Shown here in pieces: positions 1-8,552 of a stretch of DNA of 28,238 bases. This stretch comes from a virus (Duplodnaviria > Caudoviricetes). Each line of letters opens with the position of its first letter. Positions within the stretch are counted from its first letter, which is position 1. The stretch covers positions 1 to 28,238 of IMG/VR virus record IMGVR_UViG_3300012940_000089; one strand, 5' to 3'. The position numbers and the translations under genes were made by a program. Below the pieces are notes generated by a model that was not told where the DNA came from, did no database searches, and was given only the letters and a program-made list of their open reading frames with translations.

Positions 1-86
1 CCATCGGCGACATTCCGCCCGCTGAGGCCGAAGCGCGATACTATCGGCAACTTGCAGCGCCGACTGTGGAACCTGTTTTACTTTAA
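1..86 (+). CDS. IS3-family transposase OrfB, C-terminal fragment (5' part outside the window)
   Basis: IGDIPPAEAEARYY motif; TAA at 84-86 just inside the IR. Confidence 0.85.
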   Translation, partial: IGDIPPAEAEARYYRQLAAPTVEPVLL

Positions 87-119
87 CCAAAAAGCCTCCG
101 CGATCCCCGGTGCGATTCA
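1..119 (+). mobile_element. Right end of an IS3-family insertion sequence (IS51-subgroup-like)
   Basis: Frame from nt 3 reads IGDIPPAEAEARYYRQLAAPTVEPVLL* (stop 84-86), the typical C-terminus of IS3-family OrfB transposases. It is followed by GCCTCCGCGATCCCCGGTGCGATTCA (94-119), an IS3-type terminal inverted repeat ending in CA. Confidence 0.88.
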
Positions 120-596
120 CTGTCGACAGACCCATGCATCGACCTCCCTACGAGTGACGAGTCCTGGCAAACGGCGACCACCCGCATAGACCCAACGTCG
201 GTATTCATCGCAGGCCCCGTCGTAGTCGCCAGCATTCAGCCGGCGCAGCAACGTTGATTTGGCGAGGTTCCCAGCGCCCACGTTGTAGACAAAATCGATG
301 AGTGCGGCCCGTTGCCAATCGTTGAGCGGCACGATCACCAGGCGCTGTATCGCGGCGTCAGCCTGCGCCAGGTCGGTTTCGCGCCACGCATCGCACTCAG
401 CATCGGTGTAGATCCGGCTCGGGTCGATATCGGGCCCGGTATGGCCGTCGCATACGGTCAGTACGCCCGCTGGGTCAATGTAGGGCCGCCCTCGGTCGCG
501 GCCCGGCTCGAAATGAGCGACCAACACCCCAGCAATGGCAATAGCGCCAGCACCACCAGCGGCAAAAATTCTCCGTTTCAGGCTGGTCGGAATCAT
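117..596 (-). CDS. SAR endolysin, GH24 lysozyme (159 aa, start MIPTSLKRRI)
   Basis: N-terminal basic residues plus weakly hydrophobic Gly/Ala segment (FAAGGAGAIAIAGVLVAHFE); E...D-x5-T catalytic triad; TVCDGHTG, ALIDFVYNVG, RRWVYAGG..LPGLVTRR motifs. ATG 596 overlaps the holin stop (ATGA). Confidence 0.93.
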   Translation of the reverse strand: MIPTSLKRRIFAAGGAGAIAIAGVLVAHFEPGRDRGRPYIDPAGVLTVCDGHTGPDIDPSRIYTDAECDAWRETDLAQADAAIQRLVIVPLNDWQRAALIDFVYNVGAGNLAKSTLLRRLNAGDYDGACDEYRRWVYAGGRRLPGLVTRREVDAWVCRQ

Positions 597-880
597 TTCC
601 CCACCCCTCTCCACGCCGAGTAGGCCGTAATGCAGGCCGTCACCAGGCCCACGATGCAGGCCAGTGGCTTCGCCAGCCGGCCCAGGCCCTGCAACACGCG
701 GAACCCGCCAGCCAACGCCTGAAACGTATCCACAATGTCCTGCGTATTTCGCCGGATCTGCTCGATGCTCTCCATGTTGCGTGCGGTCGCCTCTGCGTTG
801 TGCGCCATGTCCTGCTCCATTTGGACTACCCGCGCGTGCAGGGACTTTAAGAATGCGTCGCTAAGATATTCATCAGCCAT
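593..880 (-). CDS. Putative holin (N-terminal coiled coil plus a single C-terminal hydrophobic helix)
   Basis: Immediately upstream of and coupled to the endolysin; PLACIVGLVTACITAYSAW transmembrane-like segment; GGAAGG RBS. Confidence 0.65.
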   Translation of the reverse strand: MADEYLSDAFLKSLHARVVQMEQDMAHNAEATARNMESIEQIRRNTQDIVDTFQALAGGFRVLQGLGRLAKPLACIVGLVTACITAYSAWRGVGK

Positions 881-922
881 GGACCTTCCTTTGAGGCGAC
901 AACATCGCGTCCCCTACAGGCG

Positions 923-945
923 AAAAAAAGCCCGCCGGAGCGGGT
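923..945 (-). terminator. Intrinsic terminator upstream of the lysis cassette
   Basis: Minus strand ACCCGC-UCCG-GCGGGC followed by U7. Confidence 0.8.
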
Positions 946-1037
946 AAGTCGTTTTGCTGTAAACTCGCGTTTAACTAAAACAAGGCGCCATAAATTATCA
1001 GAATGGGCGTCAAGAAGCCCCAAATGTCTGGCCGAAA

Positions 1038-1991
1038 ATGAACAGATCCGACGAACGATTCCCGAATTTCGACATATTGAGGCTATTGCTTGCTCTTGAG
1101 GTGGTTGTCGACCACGCCTGGTCCGTTTACCACGCAACGCCGTTGTGGCGGGGCGCCATACCAGCCGTACCTGCGTTTTTGGCTATCAGCGGATGCCTTG
1201 TACTAAAGAGCATTTCAACATCACCCTCATGGGGCGCGTATGCATTGAAGCGCTTCCTTCGGGTGATGCCCGCATTGCTACTTTCGTTTCTGATATGCCT
1301 GTTCTTGTTTAATCGCTGGGTGATGTACAACTCCGTTCTTCACTGGTTGGTCGGAGGCTTAGATCCAGCCTTGGGTGAAAAGAATATGCCACTTTGGTCG
1401 CTTGCCTGGGAAGAGCTAGCCTACCTCTGTCTCGCGATACTTTGGGTGCTTGGGGCATACCAGCGAAAGGTTATTGTGTGGGCCCTTCTTATCGCCGCCA
1501 TCTTTCTTGGCTTCTACGGAAACCGTTTTGCGTCTGAGATCCGAATTATTTTCTGGCTTGCGCCAGCTTTCCTGGTCGGAAACCTGGCCTATTTATACCG
1601 ATCACAATTACAGAAAGTGCACCCTTCAATTCCGTGGATCTTCCTCGTCTTGGTATTGAGCGCGCCATACATTCCTGCCATCGGATTCGTCGTATATAAA
1701 TGCGCGATCTTATTTCAGACGTTTGCCGTAGTGTGGGTGGGCCTTGCCGGGGCGCCACTAATCAAGCGAAAGTTTCCTGACATCAGCTACGGGGCGTACA
1801 TTTATCACTACCCCATCATCATGTACCTGCATGAGGTCGTCGGCATATCGACGCCAAAAACCTTGGCCTTGGTCCTTCCGGCACCACTGTTGGCTATCTG
1901 TCTTTTCAGTTGGTACATCGTAGAGAAGCCGGCGCTTCGAATGAAGCCCAAAGCGCCAGTCATGACGACGCCTCCCGTGATTCCAACATAG
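1038..1991 (+). CDS. Acyltransferase-3 family membrane O-acetyltransferase (Sf6 Oac/OafA-like), probable serotype-conversion moron
   Basis: Multi-transmembrane protein with NFDILRLLLALEVVVDH, FLAISG, KRFLRVMP, NMPLWSLAWEELAY and DISYGAYIYHYPI motifs; opposite strand and visibly lower GC than its neighbours. Confidence 0.9.
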   Translation: MNRSDERFPNFDILRLLLALEVVVDHAWSVYHATPLWRGAIPAVPAFLAISGCLVLKSISTSPSWGAYALKRFLRVMPALLLSFLICLFLFNRWVMYNSVLHWLVGGLDPALGEKNMPLWSLAWEELAYLCLAILWVLGAYQRKVIVWALLIAAIFLGFYGNRFASEIRIIFWLAPAFLVGNLAYLYRSQLQKVHPSIPWIFLVLVLSAPYIPAIGFVVYKCAILFQTFAVVWVGLAGAPLIKRKFPDISYGAYIYHYPIIMYLHEVVGISTPKTLALVLPAPLLAICLFSWYIVEKPALRMKPKAPVMTTPPVIPT

Positions 1992-1999
1992 AGCAGCCG

Positions 2000-2215
2000 T
2001 TAAACTTCGGCTTCATATGCCGGGGGCCGGAAGTTAGCACCGTCGTATAGCCACCAGTCTTGAGGCTGAGGATCAACGTCGGTGATATCTACGAGCGTGG
2101 CAATGAAGTCAGCGGGGAAACGCTCTGTAATTGGAATCTCGGATCCATCGTCATATGTCATCGGCTGGATGATCTCCACGACAACGCCATTGTCGATTCG
2201 AGCATAGACATGCAT
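2000..2215 (-). CDS. Small tail-fibre-associated protein (assembly chaperone-like)
   Basis: YARIDNGVVVEII ... RF ... VDITD ... WLYDG.NF.PP pattern common directly after Gly-rich fibres; TAATG coupling. Confidence 0.7.
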   Translation of the reverse strand: MHVYARIDNGVVVEIIQPMTYDDGSEIPITERFPADFIATLVDITDVDPQPQDWWLYDGANFRPPAYEAEV

Positions 2216-3168
2216 TACGCATACTCCTCAAAAATGATAATTCCCGCCGCGCCTGCTCCGCCGGATTGTCCAGTGGCGTTGCTCGCGTTCGAAACAGCGC
2301 CCCCGCCCCCCGATCCTGCGCTAAGCGCCTGCGCTCCATCACCTATGCTTCGCGAGCCGCCACCACCGCCGAAGTTGCTCTTTGCGCCCTGGCCACCTGA
2401 AGCGACGGATAGCGCAATCATAACGTTATAGCCGCCCTGATCGCCGACGGCCGAAACGATATTTCCGTTGGTACATATCCCTGCCGACCCACCGGCCCCG
2501 ATAGCCGGAAACGTTGAGATTGTTATCCCTCCTTGGCCTCCGCCGCCACCGGTAGCGCTAATAATTGAGCCTACCGACGATGTTCCTCCGTTCCCGCCCG
2601 GCACGATCCCTGGGACACCGGGGGCTCCGCCAGCACCCACAGTGACCGCCACAGAAGACAGGACGCCAGTCACAATTCCGACGCCGTAGCCGCCAGATCC
2701 ACCGCCACCCCCAGCAGCGTTTTGCGACGCCGTCGTTGCGCCAGAACTACCGCCCGCCCCACCACCACCCTGGCATGTGATTCTTGTGAATGCAGTGCCG
2801 GACTGAGTACTGAACGTGCTCGCCCCCGTCGTGGTCGGCGTCCCGCCGTTCACCGATACCTGCTGGACGCCTCCGCTTGTGCGGCTGTAGACAGTCGTGC
2901 GGAGTAAGCGGCCAGCACTCTTCCCCAATATTAGCTGCTGGATCGCCTCGAAAGCCTGGCCGTTATTATTTCGGTCCAGTGTCAAGCCGGCACCGGTGAT
3001 TATCGCAACAAGTTCCGCCTGCAATGCGTTGAATGCATAGGCTGGCCATTGCGTCGCTGGTGTGTTGGTCGCCGGATTGCCGTCGGTGGCCCAGCCCGGC
3101 GTGCCAGTCGTGGGCGCCTGGTCCGCATGAGCGAGATCGACGGTGCCCGGCGCAATCAGAAGGTCCAT
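2215..3168 (-). CDS. Tail fibre / adhesin with glycine-rich C-terminal domain
   Basis: N-terminal TDGNPAT..PAT...A.AFNALQAEL..II..AGL.LD baseplate-attachment motif of Mu/SfV-like fibres; repeated GGGGxGG motifs; located after the gp48-like gene. Confidence 0.85.
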   Translation of the reverse strand: MDLLIAPGTVDLAHADQAPTTGTPGWATDGNPATNTPATQWPAYAFNALQAELVAIITGAGLTLDRNNNGQAFEAIQQLILGKSAGRLLRTTVYSRTSGGVQQVSVNGGTPTTTGASTFSTQSGTAFTRITCQGGGGAGGSSGATTASQNAAGGGGGSGGYGVGIVTGVLSSVAVTVGAGGAPGVPGIVPGGNGGTSSVGSIISATGGGGGQGGITISTFPAIGAGGSAGICTNGNIVSAVGDQGGYNVMIALSVASGGQGAKSNFGGGGGSRSIGDGAQALSAGSGGGGAVSNASNATGQSGGAGAAGIIIFEEYA

Positions 3169-3174
3169 GCTTTG

Positions 3175-3765
3175 CTACTCCGAATAGGAAAAATTCAGGA
3201 TGGTGTGAGCTGGCTTCACGGCCAGTAGCTCACAGGTCAGGACGTTGTTCGTCCAATATGCGAATGGAACGCCGAAGGAATCCCCAAAGCGCAGGTGATT
3301 GATCGTGAATGTCGGCGCGTTCACCTGCCACGCGTGCGCCCAGTCTGTCCCGCCGAAGGGCGTGCCGAAGCGTTTACCGAATCGCGACGGCATAAACTGG
3401 GTAATCGTGACCTGGTAGCCCAGGTTTCCTGCCAGAGCCGTGAAGTACGGGATGGATTGACCCCCGTTGGCAGTGAGCCGAGCGACGACCTGTTTACGTC
3501 TTGCATCGATAGTTGGAGCTGGCCCAACACACGGGTCCGGTAGACCCAGGGTTGCCTCCCATTCCGGCAGCAGCTCGAAGGTCGTAGCCGGGAAGGCGTC
3601 CACCAGAAGTTGATTGGCGCGAGCCGTATTGGTCTCGTAGATCTTGTTCAGGCCCAGCAACACAAGATTCTGCACGCTGGCGAGGTCGCGTGACCAAACC
3701 CGCCCGCGCGGCAACAGCTTCAGGAACGCCTGGAGGAAATCTGCAGCGCGAAGATTCAGAGCCAT
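3175..3765 (-). CDS. Baseplate protein, Mu gp48/YmfQ (DUF2313)-like
   Basis: LLPRGRVW, LLPEWEATLGLPDPC, GGQSIPYF, KPAHT motifs; start taken at MALNLRAADF. Confidence 0.88.
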   Translation of the reverse strand: MALNLRAADFLQAFLKLLPRGRVWSRDLASVQNLVLLGLNKIYETNTARANQLLVDAFPATTFELLPEWEATLGLPDPCVGPAPTIDARRKQVVARLTANGGQSIPYFTALAGNLGYQVTITQFMPSRFGKRFGTPFGGTDWAHAWQVNAPTFTINHLRFGDSFGVPFAYWTNNVLTCELLAVKPAHTILNFSYSE

Positions 3766-3772
3766 GGCGCCT

Positions 3773-4936
3773 CTATACGTAGGTGATCCCATCGAGCGTG
3801 GGCAACTCGCCCATCGCTCCGGTGATGTTGCCGGGATAGGTCGTGATCACGCCGTCAACGGTCCCCGTGACTTGGACCATCAGCCATCCGCCCGTTCCGG
3901 GAACGCTATTGATTGCCGCTTCGATATCGTTCAGGTTGATCGTGCCGGCGCGCGGGTCACCATTGCGAAACAGCACGTCCGAGACCGCCGAGGCGATGGC
4001 TGCACGCGTCGCGGCGCTGCTGGTGGACAATCCTGAGATGGTGAAATGCAGCCTGTTCTCGATCGGCGCGCAGGCGAAGACGAGCGCGGTGACAGGCTGC
4101 TCGCCGACGATGGCGTCCGCGAGAGTCAGTTGGTCGCCGGTGGCCACTACGTCACGCGGCAAGCCGTCCGGGCCCTGGTCATGCTGAGACACCCCATTGG
4201 TGCCTTGCGGGAAGCCGCCATGGGCAGCCTGGGCCACGTCCATCATGAACCGCAGAACCACGGTACCAGCGCCGAATCCGTTCGGCGAGCACCACGCCCG
4301 CGTCACACCCGGAACCGCCAGCGCCCAGGCGACGTAATCGTCGCTGTCGCCGCCCTGTGGCGTCTGCTGGAACGCCGCGATCACACGGCTACCAAACGCC
4401 TTCTGATCCTCGGTATCCACACCGGTGGTGACCGTGCCTGTCACTGTCCCAGTGGACTGCACGCCGGCGATTGTCGTGGCCAGAGTAAGCGACGTTCCGT
4501 CGTCGCAGTTCCCCGCCGCACCGGCCACCGTATCCACGACCGTCACGACGGCGGTTCCGCCCCCGCCAATCGTCGCCGATTCCTGGATGGTGTAGGTCTC
4601 GCCGTCGGCGCGAACCACGTTGATTCCCGAGCTGATCAGCGTGTCCACCGTGCCGGAAAACTGCACGGTCAGGACCGCCTGCACGGCGTCTTTCTGGTAG
4701 ACGTTCTTGAGCGCGCCCCATGCCGCCTGGTACTCGTCCGTGGCAGTCCATGGCACGGCCTGCTTCGAGATCCAGTCCAGGTAGCCGAAATGCAGATGCG
4801 CAAGGCCGGCCTGGGCAATAGCGAGCACGCGCAGCACGGCCTTGCGCAGATACGCGTTGGCGCCGGACAAGGTCGCGTTGATGTCCGCCATGACCTGATT
4901 ACGCAGGTCCGACAATGTCGGTCGAGAAAATGGCAT
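3773..4936 (-). CDS. Baseplate J-like protein (Mu gp47)
   Basis: MPFSRPTLSDL start; PQGG..DYVAWALAVPGVTRAW; G.GTV motif. Confidence 0.92.
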   Translation of the reverse strand: MPFSRPTLSDLRNQVMADINATLSGANAYLRKAVLRVLAIAQAGLAHLHFGYLDWISKQAVPWTATDEYQAAWGALKNVYQKDAVQAVLTVQFSGTVDTLISSGINVVRADGETYTIQESATIGGGGTAVVTVVDTVAGAAGNCDDGTSLTLATTIAGVQSTGTVTGTVTTGVDTEDQKAFGSRVIAAFQQTPQGGDSDDYVAWALAVPGVTRAWCSPNGFGAGTVVLRFMMDVAQAAHGGFPQGTNGVSQHDQGPDGLPRDVVATGDQLTLADAIVGEQPVTALVFACAPIENRLHFTISGLSTSSAATRAAIASAVSDVLFRNGDPRAGTINLNDIEAAINSVPGTGGWLMVQVTGTVDGVITTYPGNITGAMGELPTLDGITYV

Positions 4937-4937
4937 C

Positions 4938-5393
4938 TCAGTTGATTCCGTTCCAAGCCCACAGGTATTGGCCGGTGTGAAGCGAAGCGCCGCTCGGGGC
5001 GTAAGCGGTCACCTTCGCCCCCAGGAACGTCTCTCGCACCCAGCCGACCTCGATATCGAAGCGTGCAACCACACCGTCATCGATGAGCCATTGCAGCGCC
5101 TCAGCCAGGTAGTCGTATGCGCGGTTGAGCGTCTCCTGGGTCTGCTTCGCGCGATCCAGCAGCCACAGCTTGCTGCCGATGGGGTGTTCGGGATCGAACT
5201 GATCGCCCCACCAGCCACGAGCGTCGCCCGTGTCGTCCGGTATGACGTCGTCCGGCGCCGCCATAGCGTCCGTGAACACGCTGATCAGCATGGCCGTGGC
5301 GAGGTCGCTGCCGGTCAGCAAGTCGGCGCCAGCCAGCGTCCAATCACCATGCGACCGCGCAGCATCCCAGGAAATCGTGATATCGCCGTTCAT
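4938..5393 (-). CDS. Baseplate protein, Mu gp46-like
   Basis: L.TA.LIS.FTD, RGWWGD, IGSKLWLL.R.K, EALQWLIDDG motifs. Confidence 0.92.
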   Translation of the reverse strand: MNGDITISWDAARSHGDWTLAGADLLTGSDLATAMLISVFTDAMAAPDDVIPDDTGDARGWWGDQFDPEHPIGSKLWLLDRAKQTQETLNRAYDYLAEALQWLIDDGVVARFDIEVGWVRETFLGAKVTAYAPSGASLHTGQYLWAWNGIN

Positions 5394-6007
5394 TGCTGTT
5401 GGTCCGGTACATCGGACGTCACAGTGCTGCTGCCGGACGCGACATTGCGCACCGGATGGGTGTGAATGTCATATATCTCGCGCATTCCCTTCATGGTCTT
5501 GTCGTTGCTCTCGTAGTTGTCCTGCATGTCGCCGGTGGACTTCACCATGGGCGTTTGCAGGTCGATGCCGGCGGGGGCCACGATGGTCAGCTTGCCGCTC
5601 AGGTTCCAGGTAACGTCCTTGGCGTTATTCACCACGACATCCTGCCCGTTGGCGTCCACCACGATGCCGCCAGACGCGGTCAGATAGACGTACTTGCCGT
5701 CTTCGCTGTACAGCTTGGTCTCGCCCGGCGCTAGGTTGCGCGGGCGGCTGCCCTGGTGATTGGTGCCCACCACCATCACGGCCGTGCGATCGCCAGTCAG
5801 CGCCATCAGTGCTGCGTCAGAGCCGACCGGCGGGTTTGACGTCAAGCCAAACTCCTGCACGCGCGCACGCTTATCGGCCAGTTCAAAGCCGCTGGCCTGC
5901 ACCTGCAGAAGCTGCACAGGGCCGGCGTCGTCCACCTGCGTGACGCGCCCGCGACCGATCAGCATCTGGATGCGGCGGAATAACCGCTCGAAGAGATGTT
6001 CTTCCAT
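5390..6007 (-). CDS. Baseplate central spike (Mu gp45/gpV-like)
   Basis: QEFGLTSNPP.G, RPRNLAPGETKLY and C-terminal HxH (IHTH) metal-tip motif; start taken at MEEHLFERL. Confidence 0.9.
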   Translation of the reverse strand: MEEHLFERLFRRIQMLIGRGRVTQVDDAGPVQLLQVQASGFELADKRARVQEFGLTSNPPVGSDAALMALTGDRTAVMVVGTNHQGSRPRNLAPGETKLYSEDGKYVYLTASGGIVVDANGQDVVVNNAKDVTWNLSGKLTIVAPAGIDLQTPMVKSTGDMQDNYESNDKTMKGMREIYDIHTHPVRNVASGSSTVTSDVPDQQQ

Positions 6008-6009
6008 CG

Positions 6010-7125
6010 TCAGCCTATGATCTGGTCGGGCGCCAGCTGCACCCAGCTGAACGGCTCCTGGTAGAACGCCTGTGGCGGCATCAGGATCATGTCGCACGTG
6101 GTCCCGGCGGGGCCGCGCTGATAGGTCACCTCGGATATCAGCCAGGACACGGGCGCCTGTGCGGTTCCCAGCTTCAGCGATGGCAGAATCAGCGGCGCCA
6201 GGGTGTTGGGCGTGTACAGGGCGCCGGCGGCGTCACGCCACGAGTCCGTTGTCAGACGCACCACAAAGGACCGGCCGGCGCGACGCGCAGCTTCCCAGCG
6301 GGCCCGCTGCTCGGCGATGATGCTGCCACCGATCATGCTTTCCGAGATCACCACCCTCGGCCGGTACCGCTGCACCGCGGTATCGACCACGTGTGCGATC
6401 TGATTCGGCGCACCGCCGGTATCCCCGAAGAGATCGATGCCCTGGTAGATGGCGTAGTAATCGCTGAATCGCTGATCCGCCGCGTAGACCACGGTGGCGC
6501 GCTGCACGTTGACGCCTTCCTGGAATCCGCTCGCGGCCGACGACAAGCCGATGCCGGACAGCAGCAGATCACCCGAAGGCGTATCGTAGAGCAGCAGCGC
6601 GCGATACCGGCATACCCGTTCGATGACGTCGTACGCAGTCTCCCCGGCCAGGATGACGACCTGCTCCACGGGCGCACCCTGGTTGCTCCCGGCCGCCAGC
6701 GAGGCGGTAACCCCGAATGGCGCACACAGCTGCTGCGCGATGGCGAGCGCCGGCGCATTGCTGATCTGGTACCCGTTGTAGACGGCGGCGCAATCCACAA
6801 GGTCCTGGCACTTGCTGCGGCCCGTGACTGTGATCGAATGCGCGCCATCGTTGAAGCCAGGGATAAACCGATCAACCCATCCCGTAGACACGCGGTCCGG
6901 CCCCAGGAAGACCTCGCAATAATCCCCAGGCTGGACCTGTATCTCGGGCGGGTTGGCGCCCGGATATCGCTCCGTCATGGTGACCTGGAAGTCGGACGGG
7001 CAGCGCTCGACACCTCGCGTAAAGCGCGTCTCCTGCCAGCCCGCCAGGATGCGGGGATTGGACAGCGTGTAGCCATTCCCCTTACGAGTGCAGGTCGATA
7101 CACGTATGGTCAGCTCATCGTCCAT
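6010..7125 (-). CDS. Baseplate hub protein (Mu gp44/gpP-like)
   Basis: GW....TRG.E, V.GRSK..DLVDC, GETAYD.IER, RFSDY, RYRP motifs. Confidence 0.9.
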   Translation of the reverse strand: MDDELTIRVSTCTRKGNGYTLSNPRILAGWQETRFTRGVERCPSDFQVTMTERYPGANPPEIQVQPGDYCEVFLGPDRVSTGWVDRFIPGFNDGAHSITVTGRSKCQDLVDCAAVYNGYQISNAPALAIAQQLCAPFGVTASLAAGSNQGAPVEQVVILAGETAYDVIERVCRYRALLLYDTPSGDLLLSGIGLSSAASGFQEGVNVQRATVVYAADQRFSDYYAIYQGIDLFGDTGGAPNQIAHVVDTAVQRYRPRVVISESMIGGSIIAEQRARWEAARRAGRSFVVRLTTDSWRDAAGALYTPNTLAPLILPSLKLGTAQAPVSWLISEVTYQRGPAGTTCDMILMPPQAFYQEPFSWVQLAPDQIIG

Positions 7126-8552
7126 CAGCTCGCCAGGGCGTCAAAGGTTGTCGGCATGAATGCCGGGTGAATCGGGTTGACCTGGCGCACCAGGCCATCG
7201 GCCCGTGTGGGATCGCGGTATATCCGGTTGGCCAGCGCCAGGGCGGGCAGCGAGGCGTTAAACGCGAAGGTGGCGACAGCCGACAGCTCCGCCCCACGGG
7301 CTTGCAGGTCCGCGACAACGGCGCGTCGCAACTCCCGTAGCGCGTCGTAGGTCGCATCGTCTCCGGCGTCGCCGGCAACCAGGATCTCGGCGTCGATCAC
7401 CGCCATCACAGCAGTCTGCACGGCGACCGCGTCGTTCTGGGAGGCCGGTTGATATGTCCCGACGGCCTCCGCCAAAGAAGCAATCGCCACCCGGCGGAGA
7501 TGCGCTGCGCAGGCATCGTTCATAGTCGCCATGGCCTGCCCAATGGGCGAGTCCGTGGTGATCTGCGCAGGCTCGTAGGCGGCGAGCGTGGACAAGACCG
7601 AGATGCCGTCCGCTGGGTCCTGCGCCGTCGCCGCAACAGAATCTACGAACGTTACCGCTGCCGACCCATAGGCGTCGGTGTCCGATATGTTCCCGGCCGC
7701 CAGCTGCAGGGCCGCGCCGGCCGCCACCACTGCACCGCTGGCCGCCGCGCTGGCTCCCAGCAGGTCCACGGCAGTGGTCGTATCGGGTGCCTTGGCATTG
7801 GAGCCGGAATATCCGGCATTCCCGCCGCCGAACAAGCGGCCGAAGTTGCCGGACAGCGTCGAAACGGCGTTGAACACCCTGCGCACGCTGTTGACGATGC
7901 CGATCGCCGTCTGGTAGTAGCCGACCGCGGTAGAGACCGCCTGGCGCACCACCGCAGCGCCGAGCTGGATCGCCGAGACGGCCTTGCGGGCGAAGTCCAC
8001 CAGGCTTTGCGCGCGCAGCGACGCCGCAGCCGCCGAAAGCATGTCTCCGGTGGACTGCACCGTACCCGGATACTGGCGCACGCCGGACACCATCAGCGTC
8101 ATGGTGAACTCAAACACCCGGCCCAGGTCCTTGCGTTCCTCGATCTCGATGTCCAGGCAGTTGACGCTGCGTACCGTCCCGAATGTCGGATGGACCAGCG
8201 TGCTGGTGCCCGCGGCTTCGACCGCTGCCAGCAGCGCCTCGCGCTGGGCGATGACGCCACCACCACCGTAGACCAGGCTGTTCTCGACCAGGAAGCCGTT
8301 GATCCGAAACTGGCGCGGCCGCTTGCCCTGATCCTCGATCCAGACATCATCTCGCCAAGGATAGACATGGATGGCCTGGCGGCGGCCTGCGCGCGTGCGT
8401 GCGGTATTGACGCCGAACGGCACGCCACCGAAAGATGCCGGTTGCAGCGACGCTTCCCAACTGCCCGCCGCAGGGCCGAGCAGACCATCTACGGCATTCG
8501 CCACGCCGCCGATACTGCCGACAACATTCAGCAGGTCAGAAGAAGTGCTCAA
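7125..8552 (-). CDS. DNA circularization protein (Mu gpN-like)
   Basis: W...LQPASF.GVPF, GRR..IH.YP.RD, TLVHPTFG, C-terminal LA.R.Y.DP.RA..LV..N.I.HPAF.P. Confidence 0.9.
   Translation of the reverse strand: MSTSSDLLNVVGSIGGVANAVDGLLGPAAGSWEASLQPASFGGVPFGVNTARTRAGRRQAIHVYPWRDDVWIEDQGKRPRQFRINGFLVENSLVYGGGGVIAQREALLAAVEAAGTSTLVHPTFGTVRSVNCLDIEIEERKDLGRVFEFTMTLMVSGVRQYPGTVQSTGDMLSAAAASLRAQSLVDFARKAVSAIQLGAAVVRQAVSTAVGYYQTAIGIVNSVRRVFNAVSTLSGNFGRLFGGGNAGYSGSNAKAPDTTTAVDLLGASAAASGAVVAAGAALQLAAGNISDTDAYGSAAVTFVDSVAATAQDPADGISVLSTLAAYEPAQITTDSPIGQAMATMNDACAAHLRRVAIASLAEAVGTYQPASQNDAVAVQTAVMAVIDAEILVAGDAGDDATYDALRELRRAVVADLQARGAELSAVATFAFNASLPALALANRIYRDPTRADGLVRQVNPIHPAFMPTTFDALAS

Noticed and set aside
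40-120. GTG at 120 (MNR...) as the start of an Rz spanin
   Set aside because: All but its first base is IS terminal repeat and antisense transposase sequence; no transmembrane segment.
950-1037. Promoter for the acyltransferase moron
   Set aside because: The region is AT-rich and likely contains one, but no unambiguous -35/-10 pair or SD could be fixed, so it is not annotated.
2000-3168. Diversity-generating retroelement or invertible tail-fibre cassette
   Set aside because: No reverse transcriptase, invertase, template/variable repeat pair or flanking inverted crossover sites seen.
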